Program-made: the position numbers and the translations under genes
The notes under the pieces: model-generated
What the model saw: the letters and a program-made list of their open reading frames with translations, nothing else
What the model was told of the DNA's origin: nothing
Database searches by the model: none
Part shown: positions 38,520-51,131 of the stretch, piece after piece
How the letters are laid out: each line of letters starts with the position of its first letter
Numbering within the stretch: position 1 is the first letter of the stretch
DNA from: Camelus dromedarius
Taxonomy: Eukaryota
NCBI RefSeq assembly: GCF_036321535.1
Contig: NC_087437.1
Coordinates: forward strand, 2,852,001-2,916,000
Length of the DNA stretch: 64,000 nucleotides
Direction: 5' to 3'

Positions 38520-38764
38520 CTGATAGAAATACACTGAGAGCCCCATGCGTAATTTAACATTTCCTAACAGAAGAAAGCACGTGCACATTATAATACAACA
38601 GTAATATCTTATGAAATGCCAAAGTCAGAGTAAAATGTAATCCCACCAAAACAATCAGTTGGGTTGACCAGAAAAAAATCGTTTGCCTTGCTTCAGTTTA
38701 AAAATGTAAATTAGTTAAAATTAATGTATTGCGTATAAAATAGAAAAAAAAAAAAACAAATTTC

Positions 38765-38920
38765 TTCTGTACAGCACAGGGACCTTATTCAATATCTTGT
38801 AGTAACCTACAATGAAAAAGAATATACGTATATATATGGATGACTGAAACATGACGCTGTACACCAGAAACTGACACAACATTGTAAATTGACTCTACTC
38901 CAATAAATTAAAAAAAATTA
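38765..38920 (+). mobile_element. L1 3'UTR fragment within a MER33-like relic
   Basis: ctgtacagcacagggaccttattcaatatc...caataaa. Confidence 0.85.
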
Positions 38921-39422
38921 ACATGTTGCACTGGCCACATTTCAAGTGCTCAGAAGCCATATGTGACTCTGCCCTGTTGGGTGGCTTGGGCCTGTGCTCT
39001 AAAGCTCTGCAGGGCGGGGACTCTGTTCTACGCAGGCCTCCCCTTAGTTATTGCTTCTTCCCAGAAGCCTTCCTGGGTTCCCCCAGGACTGGGGTAAGTG
39101 CCCCGCGCTGTACTCCTGCAGCTCTCTGCACTGACTTCTCGGCAGTGCTTGCATCCTGTATTGCAATTACTTGTTTACTTGTGTGCAGTCTCCTGACGGA
39201 CAAGGACTGTTTCTGGTTCATGTCCTGTGCTTAGTACAGGGCAAGGCGTCTCATAGGCACTCATTAAGTATTTATTGCTTTTTGAAAATTAATTATTAAA
39301 TTCACTCCAGAAGTTGTTTTTGGAGCTTTTATCAGAATAAGAGTTCCCTGAATGTAAGGATCACAAGCTGGTCATGTCCATATCCTCTTCACACAGCATA
39401 AAGCTTAGCACATAGCAGGTGC

Positions 39423-40009
39423 TCAGTGAGTGTTTGTTGAAGGACTGCTGAACCGTGCCCCAGACTTCGCAGCCCTTCTGTCTTTACAACTGAGGCCAGC
39501 TGGTTCTGCTTGCAGGTTCAACTTCTCCCTCAGTCTTTGCGACTCAGAGTCACCTTCTGAAGACCTGTGTCTGACCCTCTGGGCTGGCCTCAGCCCTGTC
39601 CCCTCAGTCTGGTTGGTGCTGGGACCTGCCTTGAGCTTGTCAGGGCCCCTCTGCCTCTGTTGCCCTCTGTAGGACCAGAGGCAGGGGTACCCCCCCCGAC
39701 TTCCAGAGTCCACCTCCCACATCTTGGATTATGCCTGCCCTTGATTTTTGTGCTGTGGTGTCCTGGTAGAGCCATGTTGCACAGTCTCAGGACTTCCTGT
39801 TCTACTACCAGACTAGATTTCCTCTTAAATCGACCTCAGTTTTGTTGCTTGGGTTGTGCAGTGACGGGGCACATCTCCAGGGGGCAAGATTCCTTCGCAG
39901 TCGCCCAAGATGTGAAGATTATTTTGACAACATTCCAGCAGATGGCAGTAAAGTGTTTTGAGCAAGGGGTGCCTTTTTGCATAACGTCCCCAAAGGAGTG
40001 TCTGGGCTG
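39423..40009 (-). pseudogene. Candidate large decayed exon
   Basis: Acceptor-like cccccaccacccag. Long partly open frames (HPLLKTLYCHLLECCQNNLHILGDCEGILPP; RKSSLVVEQEVLRLCNMALPGHH) and a 166-codon antisense shadow ORF. Confidence 0.3.
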
Positions 40010-41055
40010 CTGGGTGGTGGGGGGGACGGGAGGGGGGTCTGCCTGCGTGTCTAGCAGAAGAGTCTAGTTGTGGTTTCTTTTCTTTCTCCTCTTACCTCAA
40101 CCCCCCATCTTTGTAATTAATCATCCTTGGCCAGGTACAGAGAAGACGTGATATACAGGAAAAGCCTCCTGCTTGGGGAATGAGACACATTTCCTTGCAA
40201 CCATCTCCTGTGGCCAAGCATCACAGGGCAACGCAGCATGGACCCCCGGCCCAGCCTTGCCTCCACCCTTGCCCTCGCTTCCTATCATTCTTGTGTGGAC
40301 AACACCTGTGCTCTGTGATGGGGCTGAGTAAGGCTCCTGGTACAGAACACCAGTGGGACATGGCCCTGGAGTTGGAGGACCATCTAGGCAGAATTTTCTT
40401 TCTTTCTTTTTTTTTTTTTAAAGAGAATGCTATTTAAGACAGCCAAAAGGAGAGAACAAAGAAATGAAAGGGAACTATTTAGCGATTCCAAGTGGAGGAG
40501 GGTGCTGAAATGCTTGAGATGCTAATCTTCCTTTCAGGTCCAGTCATCTGGACTGTGGGGTCAGATCGCATCTAACTGTGCAAGATCTATAAAGCTGTGT
40601 GCATCTCTGTGTGTGAGGCCATCAAGAGGAAGGCAGCCCTCTGATTATCGGCTGTCAGGGCGCGTTTCAGAGTGCTTGGGGAAGGAGAATCTATAACCAC
40701 ATGCCCGCAGGGCTGGACTCCATCCCTCCCCCAGCGGGCTCCAGGGAGGCGAGCCCATCACAGCGTGAAGCGTGGGGTCAGTTCTGTTTCAGGAGCTGAC
40801 TTCATCCCCTGAACCCTCTTGTCCCCAGCTCTCCTGGGAATGCGTCCTGCTAAGGAGACCAAAATCAGTCATTGCCTTGTTGGGTTCTTCTAGGGTTGGA
40901 CTGTTGCATGTTATTTCTTGGTGGTTTGTGAACCAATGTGGTATTGGGAACAAGAGGCCACCGCTCCCTGCGTGGGAGAACTGCCCACTGTCCTGGTGTA
41001 ATGGAGATTTGCTCAACTTTCTTTCCAGATGCTACATAACAGATATGGCCAAGGT

Positions 41056-41875
41056 CTTTTTTGTTTGTTTTTTTTTTAATTTTATTGAGTTACAGTCAGT
41101 TTACAATGTGTTAATTTTCAGTTTAGAACACAATTTTTCAGTTATAGATAAACATACATATATTCATCATCGCATTCTTTTTCACCATGAGTTACCAAAA
41201 GATCTTGTATATATTTCCCTGTGCTATACAGTATAATGCTTATTTATCTATTCTATATATACCTGTCAGTATCTACAAATTTTGAACTCCCTGTCTGTCC
41301 CCTCCCACCCCACTTCCCCCTGGCAACCACAAGTTTGCATTCTATGTCTATGAGTCTGTTTCTGTTTTGTATTTATGTTCATTTGTCTTTTTCTTTTCAT
41401 TTTTTTTTTTTTTTAGATTCCACATATGAGCAATCTCATATGGTATTTTTCTTTCTCTTTCTGGCTTACCTTCACTTAGAGTGACATTCTCCAGGGACAT
41501 CCATGTTGCTGCAAATGGCGTTATGTTGTCATTTTTTATGGCTGAGTAGTATTCCATTGTATAAATATACCACATCTTCTTTATCCAGTCACCTGTTGAT
41601 GGACATTTAGGCTGTTTCCATGTCTTGGCTATTGTAAACAGTGCTGCTATGAACATTGGGGTGCAGGTGTCTTTTTGAAGTAGGGTTCCTTCTGGATATA
41701 TGCCCAGGAGTGGGATTCCTGGGTCATATGGCAAGTCTATTCCTAGTCTTTTGAGGAATCTTCATACTGTTTTCCACAGTGGCTGCACCACTGTACCCAC
41801 CAGCAGTGTAGGAGGGTTCCCTTTTCTCCACAGCCTCTCTAGCATTTGTCATTTGTGGACTTTTGAATGATGGCC
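41056..41875 (-). mobile_element. L1 3' fragment with ORF2 C-terminus
   Basis: ORF 41348-41734; TSD cagatatggccaaggt/cagatacgtccaaggt. Confidence 0.95.
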
Positions 41876-42258
41876 CAGATACGTCCAAGGTTAAAGGGAA
41901 CCTGTCTCATGGTGAACCATCCCTGGGGGTAATAGAGAGACTCTGACAGGCAGAAAATAAAACCGAGTTCTAGCCTTGGTTCTGCATTTCCAAGTAGTTA
42001 TTTAGCCTTGGGAAGTTCACTCTTAGTGAATGCCTGGCCCGTGGCCTTGCCCAGAGTCAATCTCACTTCTCCTTCCTCTTGAGCCCGGGTGTGGTCTCAG
42101 AATCTTTCTCAACACAATTGAAGTTCAAGATAGAATCTTCTTGCCTTCTGGGACTGAGAGTTCAAGGTTCTACATCTCTTATCACAGTTAGAATTTCCAT
42201 TTTCTTAACAGCTCCTAAAGCTAGTTGTTTGTGACAACAGGTATCGCCACAGACTCAC

Positions 42259-42300
42259 CAGGATGAACTCCCATTCCCGATTTTTAGCATAAAAGAAGAT
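42259..42300 (-). pseudogene. Candidate 42-nt exon (IFFYAKNREWEFIL in phase 0)
   Basis: Acceptor tgttgttttcacattcag, donor CTG|gtgagt. Confidence 0.65.
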
Positions 42301-42384
42301 CTGAATGTGAAAACAACAGAAATGAACGGCAACAGTGAAAACAGGCTCTACCAGCATTAACAAATAGCATTTGATTTGTGCTAT

Positions 42385-42971
42385 TGTTGCCGAAAGATCG
42401 GCCCCCCTCCTTAACAAGCCAAATAACTCAGAGACTGGGTCTTGGAGCTTAGAAGAAAAGAGGCAGCTTTATTACTGTGCCGGGCAAAGGGGACTCACAG
42501 CAGGCTGGTGCCTTCAGAACTGTGAGCCCACCTTGGGGATGGGGTGGGGTGGGTATACAGCCATCACTCAAACAATAAAGCATCGATAACAATCAGCAGA
42601 ATCATTTTCTCATCAGAAGACTCAGAGGGGCGTCATGATGCCTCCAGGTGACCAGTTCTGTAGAGGCCAGCGGTTGTCACTTTTCCCGTCTCTTTATCTT
42701 GTAAGCACTCAACGAGTGGTCTTCTTGGTATTTAGCCTACTTTGTAAGGTTACAGTTCTGTGACCTTCTCCCTGGAGAACAACTCATATGATTATAGCTT
42801 TTGATTACTGGAATAAAGCAGAAACAGTAAAATTAATAGCTTTAGTTTTAATAATGGTCCTGAAGCTGTGAGTAGCAACCGGTCAGTCAGGTCAGTTGAC
42901 CGTTTAAAGGGCAAGGATGAGAATGAGCGATCTGTTAGCCTAAATGTGGCCATTTTATTAACCCTCCTTCA
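42385..42971 (-). mobile_element. ERV solo LTR, family A
   Basis: TG...CA termini, CTAT 4-bp TSD. Confidence 0.9.
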
Positions 42972-43041
42972 CTATTAAATAGGAGAACTAGAAAATAATT
43001 TTTTTAAATGTCCCGAGTCTGGTTTGGCAAAGTATCCTTAC

Positions 43042-43220
43042 ATCTCTGGATAGGGAAAAACATCCCTTTGGCTAACGATGTCTTGACAATTCTGTGCTGC
43101 CAATTTGAACTCTGAAGGCTTTTTCTTTGGCTCCGTGTACATTGATGGACAGGGTGGTCTATTGTGTGTGTTCTCCAGGGACAAGAAACCCCACATCCAA
43201 GGTGTGACATCCTCTGTCCT
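43042..43220 (-). pseudogene. Candidate exon ...MYTEPKKKPSEFKLAAQNCQDIVSQRDVFPYPE
   Basis: Donor AT|gtaagg and about 59 open codons. The 5' boundary is unknown. Confidence 0.35.
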
Positions 43221-43806
43221 TTAATGGTCATCCTTTGCGTCTTATTGAAATCCAGTCCAGTCCAGTTGGACTAGGATTCATTTCACTTGCCAGTTTTTAC
43301 TAGTGGTTCTCAGACTCTGTGGGTAACAGAATATCCCAGGGAGCTTGCAAAAATGCAGTCCTGGGCCCCACTTCCAGAGAGTCTGACTTAATGGGTCTGA
43401 GGTGGTCCTCAGGCACAGGATGCTTTGTCAGGTCCCAGAGAGTCTGTAGATCACAGTCTGTGGAAGAGTTGTCTGTGGTACAGCGAAGCAGTTCTTTCTT
43501 GAGTTTGAAACTGGGTATCGATGGCTTCCATTTTTCATGTAAGTGAACCACATACTGCCTTAATTCAAGTCTGTGGTGCCAAGTTTATCCTACCTTAAAG
43601 AATACATTCCAGAAGCCCTGTGGAGAAAGCAGTAGGTCTTGAGTGTGAAAACCCCGAACGACAAAAATATTCCAATATCCGTGTGATCATATTGTGCTTT
43701 GGCACCTACTGATGAGAAACACATGCAATAATGTGAGGACTTTGGGCTCACTTAACACTTTTAAATGCATTTATATTTCACTACCAGCATCTCTGCACAC
43801 TCAAAA

Positions 43807-44157
43807 TGTTGCTGAGTCCAAACTCGTTCTGCTCGCCGCACGACAGGCCAATAAATTAGAGACGAGGTGTTGGGGCAAGGAACAGCGACTTTATTCAGAG
43901 AGGCCGGCAGACTGAGAGGATGGCAGACTAATGTCTTGGAGAACTATCCTGCTCTGGTCAAAATACAGGCTCCTTTTATACCAAAAAAAAAAAAAAGAAA
44001 GAAAAAAGAAAAAAAAAAAAAAAAAAACAAGGGAGGGGGTGTGGTTGTTGTTGCAAACTTCTTGCTGCAGGCGTTCTTTGTTCTTGCAGCCGTCCACCTG
44101 GGTCAGGTCATGGTGTCCCTGTAAACTTCCAACAAACAAAGGTTATTCTCTATTACA
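43807..44157 (-). mobile_element. ERV solo LTR, short, with an internal A-rich run
   Basis: TG...CA termini, AAAA flanks, tttatt signal. Confidence 0.7.
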
Positions 44158-44780
44158 AAAAGCTTTAGTGCATTTATATGTGAAGGATACTGTTTCTTTA
44201 CTCTGCATACAATGGATGAGGAAACCCTGTGAAAGAATTCCACCAGCTAACCCATTTGCTCCCCATCCTACCTAAGGGCCCTTGACACAGAAGCTTGAAT
44301 CCTTTGGGACTTGAGTTTGGATTCCCCAGAGACACACAGGGCTGAGTTATGTAGCTGCTTCACCCGTAAGTCTGTTTCCTCATCTGTACAGTGATGGTGG
44401 ATAACATTTTCCTAATGGGTTTAAGGCAGAGATTGAATTCTGTGATGCACATACAGTTCTTGGCCTGAAGTAGACAATCAATATTCGTTTTCTTTCTCCC
44501 TTCAAAAGAATTAATGAAGTGACTCTTTCAGACACAGGAGACTCTGAGGCTTTATGCTTTCCCCCTTGATTTAGCTCAAATGACCCAGGCACTGTCCTCC
44601 TCTGCAGGAGACAGGGCGAGGGGCTCTCCAGCTGGGGCTGTGCTGGCGCTCTGTTGTCCTGTGCTGCTCCGGTGGCTGTCAGTTCACCAAGCGTCTAGAA
44701 ACCACAACAATCCTGGGAAAATCTGGTGCAGAATTCGAGTGGGCTCCTGTAGGTTCCTGGCGTCTGACATTTGTTCTTCA

Positions 44781-45932
44781 TGTGAATGAAAACTATGGCA
44801 GCTATATTGATGCAGGAAAAAAGGATGTGGGATGTGAGGAGGGCTGTGTCCCAGGCCTCAGTTGAGCCCCTGGGATGTGTCCCACCAAGTATGGGTCCTT
44901 GGCTTCACGCTGTAAGGAATTCAAGAGTGAGCAGCAGTTGAGTACAGGTAGATTTATTTAGAGAGATTCATAGTGCAGAGAGTGTAGGCTGTTTCAGAGG
45001 GTAAGAGTAAGGCCACAAGGTGTGGGGGTTGGGTGCTCATATTAGAATAAAAGTCGGTACACACTCCATAGACAGAGTGCAGGCCATCTCTGAAGAGGAA
45101 GGAGCAAAAAAGGTGGCCACGAGGTGCGGTGTCGCCAGTTTTTATGGGCTTCGTAGCTTCATTTGCTAATAAGTGGAGGGACCAGTCTAACTAGCCTGGG
45201 GAAGGGGCTGGGATGCCCAGGAAGCTGGCCATTTCCCACTCTTTGACCTTTCGTGGCTAGTCTTAGGACTGTCATGGTGCCTGTGAGCATGTTATTCACC
45301 ATGATAATATGTTACAATGGGCGTACATTGAAGCTCAGGGTCTACTAGAAGCCAAATCTCCCACCATCTTGAGCCTCAAGGCCTCCTGGGCTTTGAATCT
45401 TTCACCATTCTGCTGTTAATTGTTGTGTTATTCCTTGAATGGCTGTGCCCTGCCTCCTTCCAGTCTCAATATCAGTAAACTAAAGGATGCTGCGGCCATC
45501 AAGTCATCAGCCACTACCGCCGCCCCGGCAGTGAGAGGAGGGAACTCAGGAAGGAGACCAGCAGGCTGCCCGGCCTCTCAGCCACCCCCAGGGGTGCAGT
45601 CTGAGGGAACTCAGGATGAGAGAGGACAGGACGCTGGCCCTAGACGGCTAGGTGCACATCCAAAGAGTGATTCCACTGAGCCCAGACCTTTGCACCCTCC
45701 CATGTGCGAAATCCCTTCCCTCGAGACGTCTGGTTTTCTTTAATTAACAGTCACCTTTTGATGTTCTGCCTACCTGGTCTCTGTTACAAAACCTCCTCTA
45801 TATCCTGGCTCCTCGCCTGCCTCTTCAGGGCAGTCTTTTCGAGCAACCTGAGAGGCTGTGTCCTGGGCTCAAGTTCTCAGAAAATCCGCCGAACAAAATA
45901 TAAATCTTAAGTTGTGCATATTTTAGTCGACA
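44781..45932 (+). mobile_element. ERV LTR (family C-related) split by a family B LTR
   Basis: 44781-44807 plus 45469-45932; ends gttgtgcatattttagtcgaca, similar to the reverse complement of 50241. Confidence 0.8.
44808..45468 (-). mobile_element. ERV solo LTR, family B
   Basis: TG...CA termini, ATAT TSD; homologous to 51132-51758. Confidence 0.9.
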
Positions 45933-46360
45933 CTCTTTAGAAAGATTCTCGGCCCTCGAGGAATGATGCAGAACAAACAAGCACCTCATCCCCTTTCCTC
46001 AGAGAGAAGCACAAGGAGCGTTACCCATAATTAGTGTGTTTTGTCTTAATGTTCCTGAGTCAAGCCTACAGATGGAGCCAAGCTGATGACATCCGCTTGG
46101 AACGTTCTTTTTTGCCCCCCCACCCCTCCACCAGGAGCTAGCGAGAGGAAGCTTCTGTTTCTCGCTTCCTCTGCAACTAGGCTACAATTTGACACTGAAA
46201 ACACTCAGGCTTGAGGTTTAATTTGAATATCTGTGGTATAAAATTACCAGTGTTCACATGCCACAGCATTTTCCTGACAAATTAATTGCCAATAGAATTT
46301 TCCACAGCGGGTGGGTGTGGAGGGCAGTGGGGTGGCGGGATCAGTTTACAGGGTAATTAC

Positions 46361-46459
46361 GGGCGCCCTGGGCCAAGGAGGAGCAGAGATGATGCCCTGG
46401 GGGCCGGTGTTGCGGGTGAGCAGCACCTGCTCCTTTGGCTGCACCGTAGATCCCAGGGT
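46361..46459 (-). pseudogene. Candidate exon (33 codons) TLGSTVQPKEQVLLTRNTGPQGIISAPPWPRAP
   Basis: Acceptor cgtctttcccag, donor CCC|gtaatt, phase 0-0. Confidence 0.5.
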
Positions 46460-46558
46460 CTGGGAAAGACGCATCATTTGGAGGATTTGGTGTCTACCTC
46501 TGGATCTGTGGCTGCCAGGGGCTCTCTGAAGTCACCCGGGGGGGGGGGTCGCCCTTAC

Positions 46559-46662
46559 CTAGCTCTTAGGTCTTTGGTTCACTTTTTCAGCAACCAGAGT
46601 CCTCAAAGCATCAGGATAAAGAAGGCAAACAACAAATCGGCGAAGGGAGAGGGTAACCAAGG
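46559..46662 (-). pseudogene. Candidate exon LVTLSLRRFVVCLLYPDALRTLVAEKVNQRPKS*
   Basis: Acceptor ctctctttttag, donor TAG|gtaagg, phase 1-0. The last codon is TAG. Confidence 0.65.
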
Positions 46663-46732
46663 CTAAAAAGAGAGTCTTGGTTTTGGCTGGGCCTGAGGGA
46701 AGGGCCATTTTTGTTGACAGATCTGAGAGTAC

Positions 46733-46851
46733 CTGGTCCCTTCTGAAAGACGTGGGAAAACATTCTGTCGGGATGAAGCATTTGACCTTTTGGAAGATAG
46801 TCTTTGCTCATTTCAAAGCTTTCATTGAAAAACCCTCCTTGCGAAATACAT
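46733..46851 (-). pseudogene. Candidate exon CISQGGFFNESFEMSKDYLPKGQMLHPDRMFSHVFQKGP
   Basis: Acceptor catcttctctaaag, donor CAG|gtactc, phase 2-1, compatible with both neighbours. The downstream intron is only 70 nt. Confidence 0.55.
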
Positions 46852-47412
46852 CTTTAGAGAAGATGGGTAGGTTCCTTTCTCAGCCTGAGCCTCTCACAGC
46901 GGCTGTGGTTCTGTGTCAGACGCATTTCCTGCTGGCGTTGTTTTAATTTTTATTGTGCTTAATTGTAAAAGCAACAACAATGTTTTTAAAAAAAAGCAGA
47001 GAAATGAATCAAAGCTGATAGAAACCCCCAGCAGGGTGAGGTAGCAGTGGAGGTGGTGAAGACCAGAATAGATAGAAACCCTTAACCGCCTCCTTACATT
47101 TTTCCAAGTACTTAAAATATCACCACTTTTATAGATTTCCTTTCATCTCAAGGGTATTTTTAGAAATAAAGGGTTATAACATTGTGTGACAAGAAAAAAA
47201 ATACAACAGAAAACAGAGAAGTGCATAGATTTTATTGCATTAAGTCCAATTCTCAAGTTTTCCAGGTGATGTCAGTTGCTTTTAAAAATATTAAAGGTCC
47301 AGGGAGGATGAGAGCACAATTCTGGCATTCTAGCTCCAGGGATAATGGTACTGGGGAGAAGAGACCGAGGCCAACAAAGATGTTGGCCAAGGTTAATGAG
47401 CAAGGGTGTCAC

Positions 47413-47513
47413 TTGTCTTCTTGCTGAATTTGGATCTCATCACTCAAATATAAGGCTTTTGCCACATCTCCCGGGAGACAGGTCCACTCTCTCAGAACTG
47501 TCACCAGGGTCAT
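47413..47513 (-). pseudogene. Candidate exon MTLVTVLREWTCLPGDVAKALYLSDEIQIQQED
   Basis: Acceptor tgtcttctgacag, weak donor AA|gtgaca, phase 0-2, open. Confidence 0.55.
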
Positions 47514-47705
47514 CTGTCAGAAGACACCAGAGATGGGGAACCATCTACTTCAGTCTTTCATTTCACAGCGGCCCACAGATGCTCAGGGACCTGCCAAAGA
47601 TCATCAGGGGAGTTACTAACAGAATGAGGGCTGGAGCTCAGATGTGACTGTCGTTCAAGCAGCAATAAGTGGCTGTTATGACAGGGCTAGCCTCAGTTAC
47701 TTTAC

Positions 47706-47747
47706 CTGGATGTGCCTTGAGTCCTAAATTTGGAAATCAGATTTGCT
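47706..47747 (-). pseudogene. Candidate 42-nt exon SKSDFQI*DSRHIQ
   Basis: Acceptor aattttgtag, donor CAG|gtaaag. Confidence 0.55.
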
Positions 47748-47789
47748 CTACAAAATTCGCAGATTATTGTGATTCGATACACATGCCAT

Positions 47790-48290
47790 GGTGTTAAATG
47801 TCCATCCACAGATGACTGGAACAAAGATGTGGTGTATATATACAATGGAATACTACTCAGCCATAAAAAAGAATGAAATAATGCCATTTGAAGCAATTTG
47901 GATGGACCTGGAGATTATTATACTAAGTGAAGTAAATCAGACAGAGAAAGACAAATATCATATGGTATCCCTTCTATGTGGAATCTAAAAAAAAAGATAC
48001 AAATTTTATTTACAAGCCAGAAACAGACTCATGAACATAGAAAGCAAACTGTGATTACTGGAGGGGAAAGGGATTGGGGGAAGGATAGATTAGGAGTTTG
48101 GGATTAGCAGGTACACATTATTGTATATAAATTAGATTAACAACAAGGACCTGGTGTACAGCACTGGGAACTATATTCAATATTTTGTAATTAGCTGTAA
48201 TGGAAAAGAATATGAAAAAATATATATGCATGTATATGTATAACTGAATCGCTTTGCTGACCACGCTCAATAAAAATAAGAATTAAAGAC
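47790..48290 (+). mobile_element. L1 3' fragment
   Basis: MWCIYTMEYYSAIKKNEIMPFEAIWMDLEIIILSEV plus 3'UTR. Confidence 0.9.
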
Positions 48291-48579
48291 AAAAGCAAAT
48301 GCTATGGTGCTGACATTCAGGTGGAGCTGGGAAGGAGAAGAGAGTGGCTGTTTACTGAGCGTGTATTATTGTAAGGCATGTCCGTTTAGCTGTTGCATGT
48401 AAATCTCCTGTCTCTTTAATGAAATGGATTCGATTCTTGTTTTATAAATGAGAAACTCCAGGCTCAGAGAGGTTGAGCATTTTGTCCAAGACCTTTCAGC
48501 TGTCATTGTAGGATTTGAACCCATAAGTACGCAATTCCAAGCCCATCTGTTCTTTTTCTATTCGCTCACTTTGCTTTAC

Positions 48580-48693
48580 CCATTCCAGCATATGTTGTTA
48601 CTCTTTCTAGCACCGAGCAAACCACAAAGCTGGTCAAGACTATCATCTCTGCCATTTGACACAAGCATTACAGAATGTCTACCAGATACTCAG
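48580..48693 (-). pseudogene. Candidate exon (114 nt), frame ambiguous
   Basis: Donor TGG|gtaaag, acceptor cttcccctcacccgtcacaaag. Every frame has a stop. Confidence 0.3.
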
Positions 48694-49177
48694 CTTTGTG
48701 ACGGGTGAGGGGAAGATACCAAAGGGATGTGAGACCTCTGTGTAATTGGTGAGGGCATCAGTTAAACAGGGCTTTCCATTGCAACTGGCAGGAAATTCAA
48801 ACATCTTCCTATGGCTTACAAGGCCCTGTAGCCTTGCGGCTCACAGTGGGCTCCAGGCGCCACCAGAGTTAGCACCGCAGGCAGCGTCTGAGAAACGTGG
48901 AATCTCAGGTCCCAGCCCCACCCTACTGAATTAGTCAAGACCCCCAGGGGATCTGTATTCACACTGACGTTTGAGATGGGAGCCTCAGCCCCTCTGATGC
49001 TATTGCCCAGCCAGAGAAGCCTCTTTTTTTGCCCCTAACTGTGAGGTGCCTTCCTCAGGGCCTCTGCCCTTGCTGTGCCCTTTGCCTGGCTGCTCTGTCC
49101 CCAAGTTTTTCATGCCTCTGTTTTGTCGTTCAGATTTCAGCTCAAGCCATATTCCCCAGAGAGTCTAAGAGTGCTTC

Positions 49178-49756
49178 TGTTGCCAGAAGATCGGTCCCCT
49201 TCCTGAGGAGCCGAATAACTCAGAGTCCGGGTCTTGGAGCTTAGAAGAAAAGAGGCCGCTTTATTACTGTGCCGGGCAAAGGGGACTCACAGCAGGCTGG
49301 TGCCTTCAGAACTGTGAGCCCACCTTGGGGATGGGGTGGGGTGGGTATACAGCCAGAGCTCAAACAATAAAGCATCGATAACGATCAGCAGAATCATTTT
49401 CTCATCAGAAGTCTCAGAGGGGCGTCATGATGCCTCCAGGAGACCAATTCTATAGAGGCCAGTGGTTGTCACTCTTCCCATCTCTTTATCTCGTGGTCAC
49501 CCCAGGTGTGGTCTTCTTGGTACTTAGCCTACTTTGTAAGGTTACAGTTCTGTGACCTTCTCCCTGGAGAACAAGTCAGAAACCAAGTACGATTATAGCT
49601 TTTGATTCCTGGAATAAAGCAGGAACAGTAAGATCGATAGCTTTAGTTTTAACAACGGGCCTGGAACTGAGTAGTCAGGTCAGTTGACTGTTCTAAGGGC
49701 AAGCATAAGAATAAGCAATCTGTTAGCCTAAATGTGGCCATGTTATTAATCCTTCA
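49178..49756 (-). mobile_element. ERV solo LTR, family A
   Basis: TG...CA termini, CTTC/CTCC TSD. Confidence 0.9.
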
Positions 49757-49990
49757 CTCCCTCCTAGGGAGTGGCATTGTGTTATATTTTCTCATAGTAT
49801 TTATTATTCTCTGAAAGGATAACATTGCCGATTTATTTGTTTACATGTTTGTTACCTGTCTCCTCTCACTGGAGTGTTAAGCTCAGTGAATGCAGGAACA
49901 CTCTGCTTGTCGGAGCCACTGTTTTACCCCCAGCATCTGGAGCACTGCCTGGCCTGCATTAGGTACTCAACACATCGTGGAAGGAAGCAA

Positions 49991-50085
49991 CAATGGAAAG
50001 AATTTCATTGCTCTTGAAATCTCAACATTTTGATATTAAAAGCTAAGACCGTTTGCAAAACTTTATCTAACCAAACTACCAATCT
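49991..50085. repeat. 95-bp direct repeat, copy 1 (copy 2 at 51967-52061)
   Basis: Ungapped hand alignment, 14 mismatches in 95. Confidence 0.9.
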
Positions 50086-50166
50086 ATAGGACAGCAGCAT
50101 TTTCTCTGACTGCTGGTTGAATGGTTGAAGATAAGTTCTTTGGGGCTGCAATTCATGAATCAAGGA
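50080..50166 (-). pseudogene. Candidate exon (29 codons) SLIHELQPQRTYLQPFNQQSEKMLLSYRL with a dead acceptor
   Basis: Polypyrimidine tract ttttttccttccctaccacAT (AG>AT inferred), donor TTG|gtagtt, open, phase 0-0. Confidence 0.45.
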
Positions 50167-50240
50167 ATGTGGTAGGGAAGGAAAAAACTTTGTTTTCCAA
50201 ACTTGGGCCAGTTTCATAGAAATTGATTGAGTTAAGGTAG

Positions 50241-50743
50241 TGTCGACTGAAATAAGATGCACAACCTTAAAGTTGAGAGTTATGCTTTAATCGGTGGACA
50301 TTTCTGAGGACTCGAAGCCCTTCGAGCCGGAGCTTCCCAGACGGCTCTGAGGGACTGCTCTGAACAGGTAGGGGAGGAGCCAGGATGTATAAGAGCTTTA
50401 CAGCAAAGACCAGGTAGTCGGAACATTAAGATTACTGTTAAAGGAGACCAGGCATCTCAAGTTAAAGAATGTAGCGCTTTTCTATGTACGGGAGGGAGCA
50501 GACATTTGGACTCATTGAATTCATTCCCTTGACAAGCACCTAGCTATCTAGGGCCAGTGTCCTGTCCCTTCTTATTCTGAGTCCCCTCAGAGGGCACCAC
50601 TGTGAGTGGCTGCAGAGGTCGGGCTGCAGGCTTGTCCTCACCTGGGGGGGGGGGGGAGGGGTGGGGGGGTGGCCGCCGCTGATGACTTTGTGGTTTCAGC
50701 ATTCTTTGTTTATTGATTTGGTTTGCAGTATTTTTTGTTCAGA
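50241..50743 (-). mobile_element. ERV solo LTR, family C
   Basis: GTAG 4-bp TSD. Confidence 0.9.
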
Positions 50744-51131
50744 GTAGCATCTGGGGATTTTTGACTTAACTGGAGGTGAGTTTTTCTCTTAATATTTTTT
50801 TTCCAGCAATTCCGTTGAGAAATGCAGATGTTTACTTTTGGCACATGCAAAAAAAAAAAAGTGATTGGAAACCTTCCCTTTTAATTTATGGGCACCTAGA
50901 GTGAAGCAGTTTATTTCTTGGTTAAAAACACCAGTTTGGAAAGAGTTCACACAACTTTATGAGCTGACTCTGCAAGATTACACTGCAGATCTTCTTGGAA
51001 TGAAAGGCCAGGGTGACTGTCCTGAATTCTGATGAGACATCCTGGAAGAGTTCTCACATCACGATCTACAAAAGCCCTATAAAAAAGGAAATGAGAAGGA
51101 AAAATGATTTGGTACTTAATATGTGTCAGAC

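Noticed and set aside
46721..46866. Plus-strand exon-like segment (ttttgttgacag...TGG|gtaggt)
   Set aside because: It lies opposite the five-exon minus-strand run. An antisense non-coding exon is not excluded but is unsupported.
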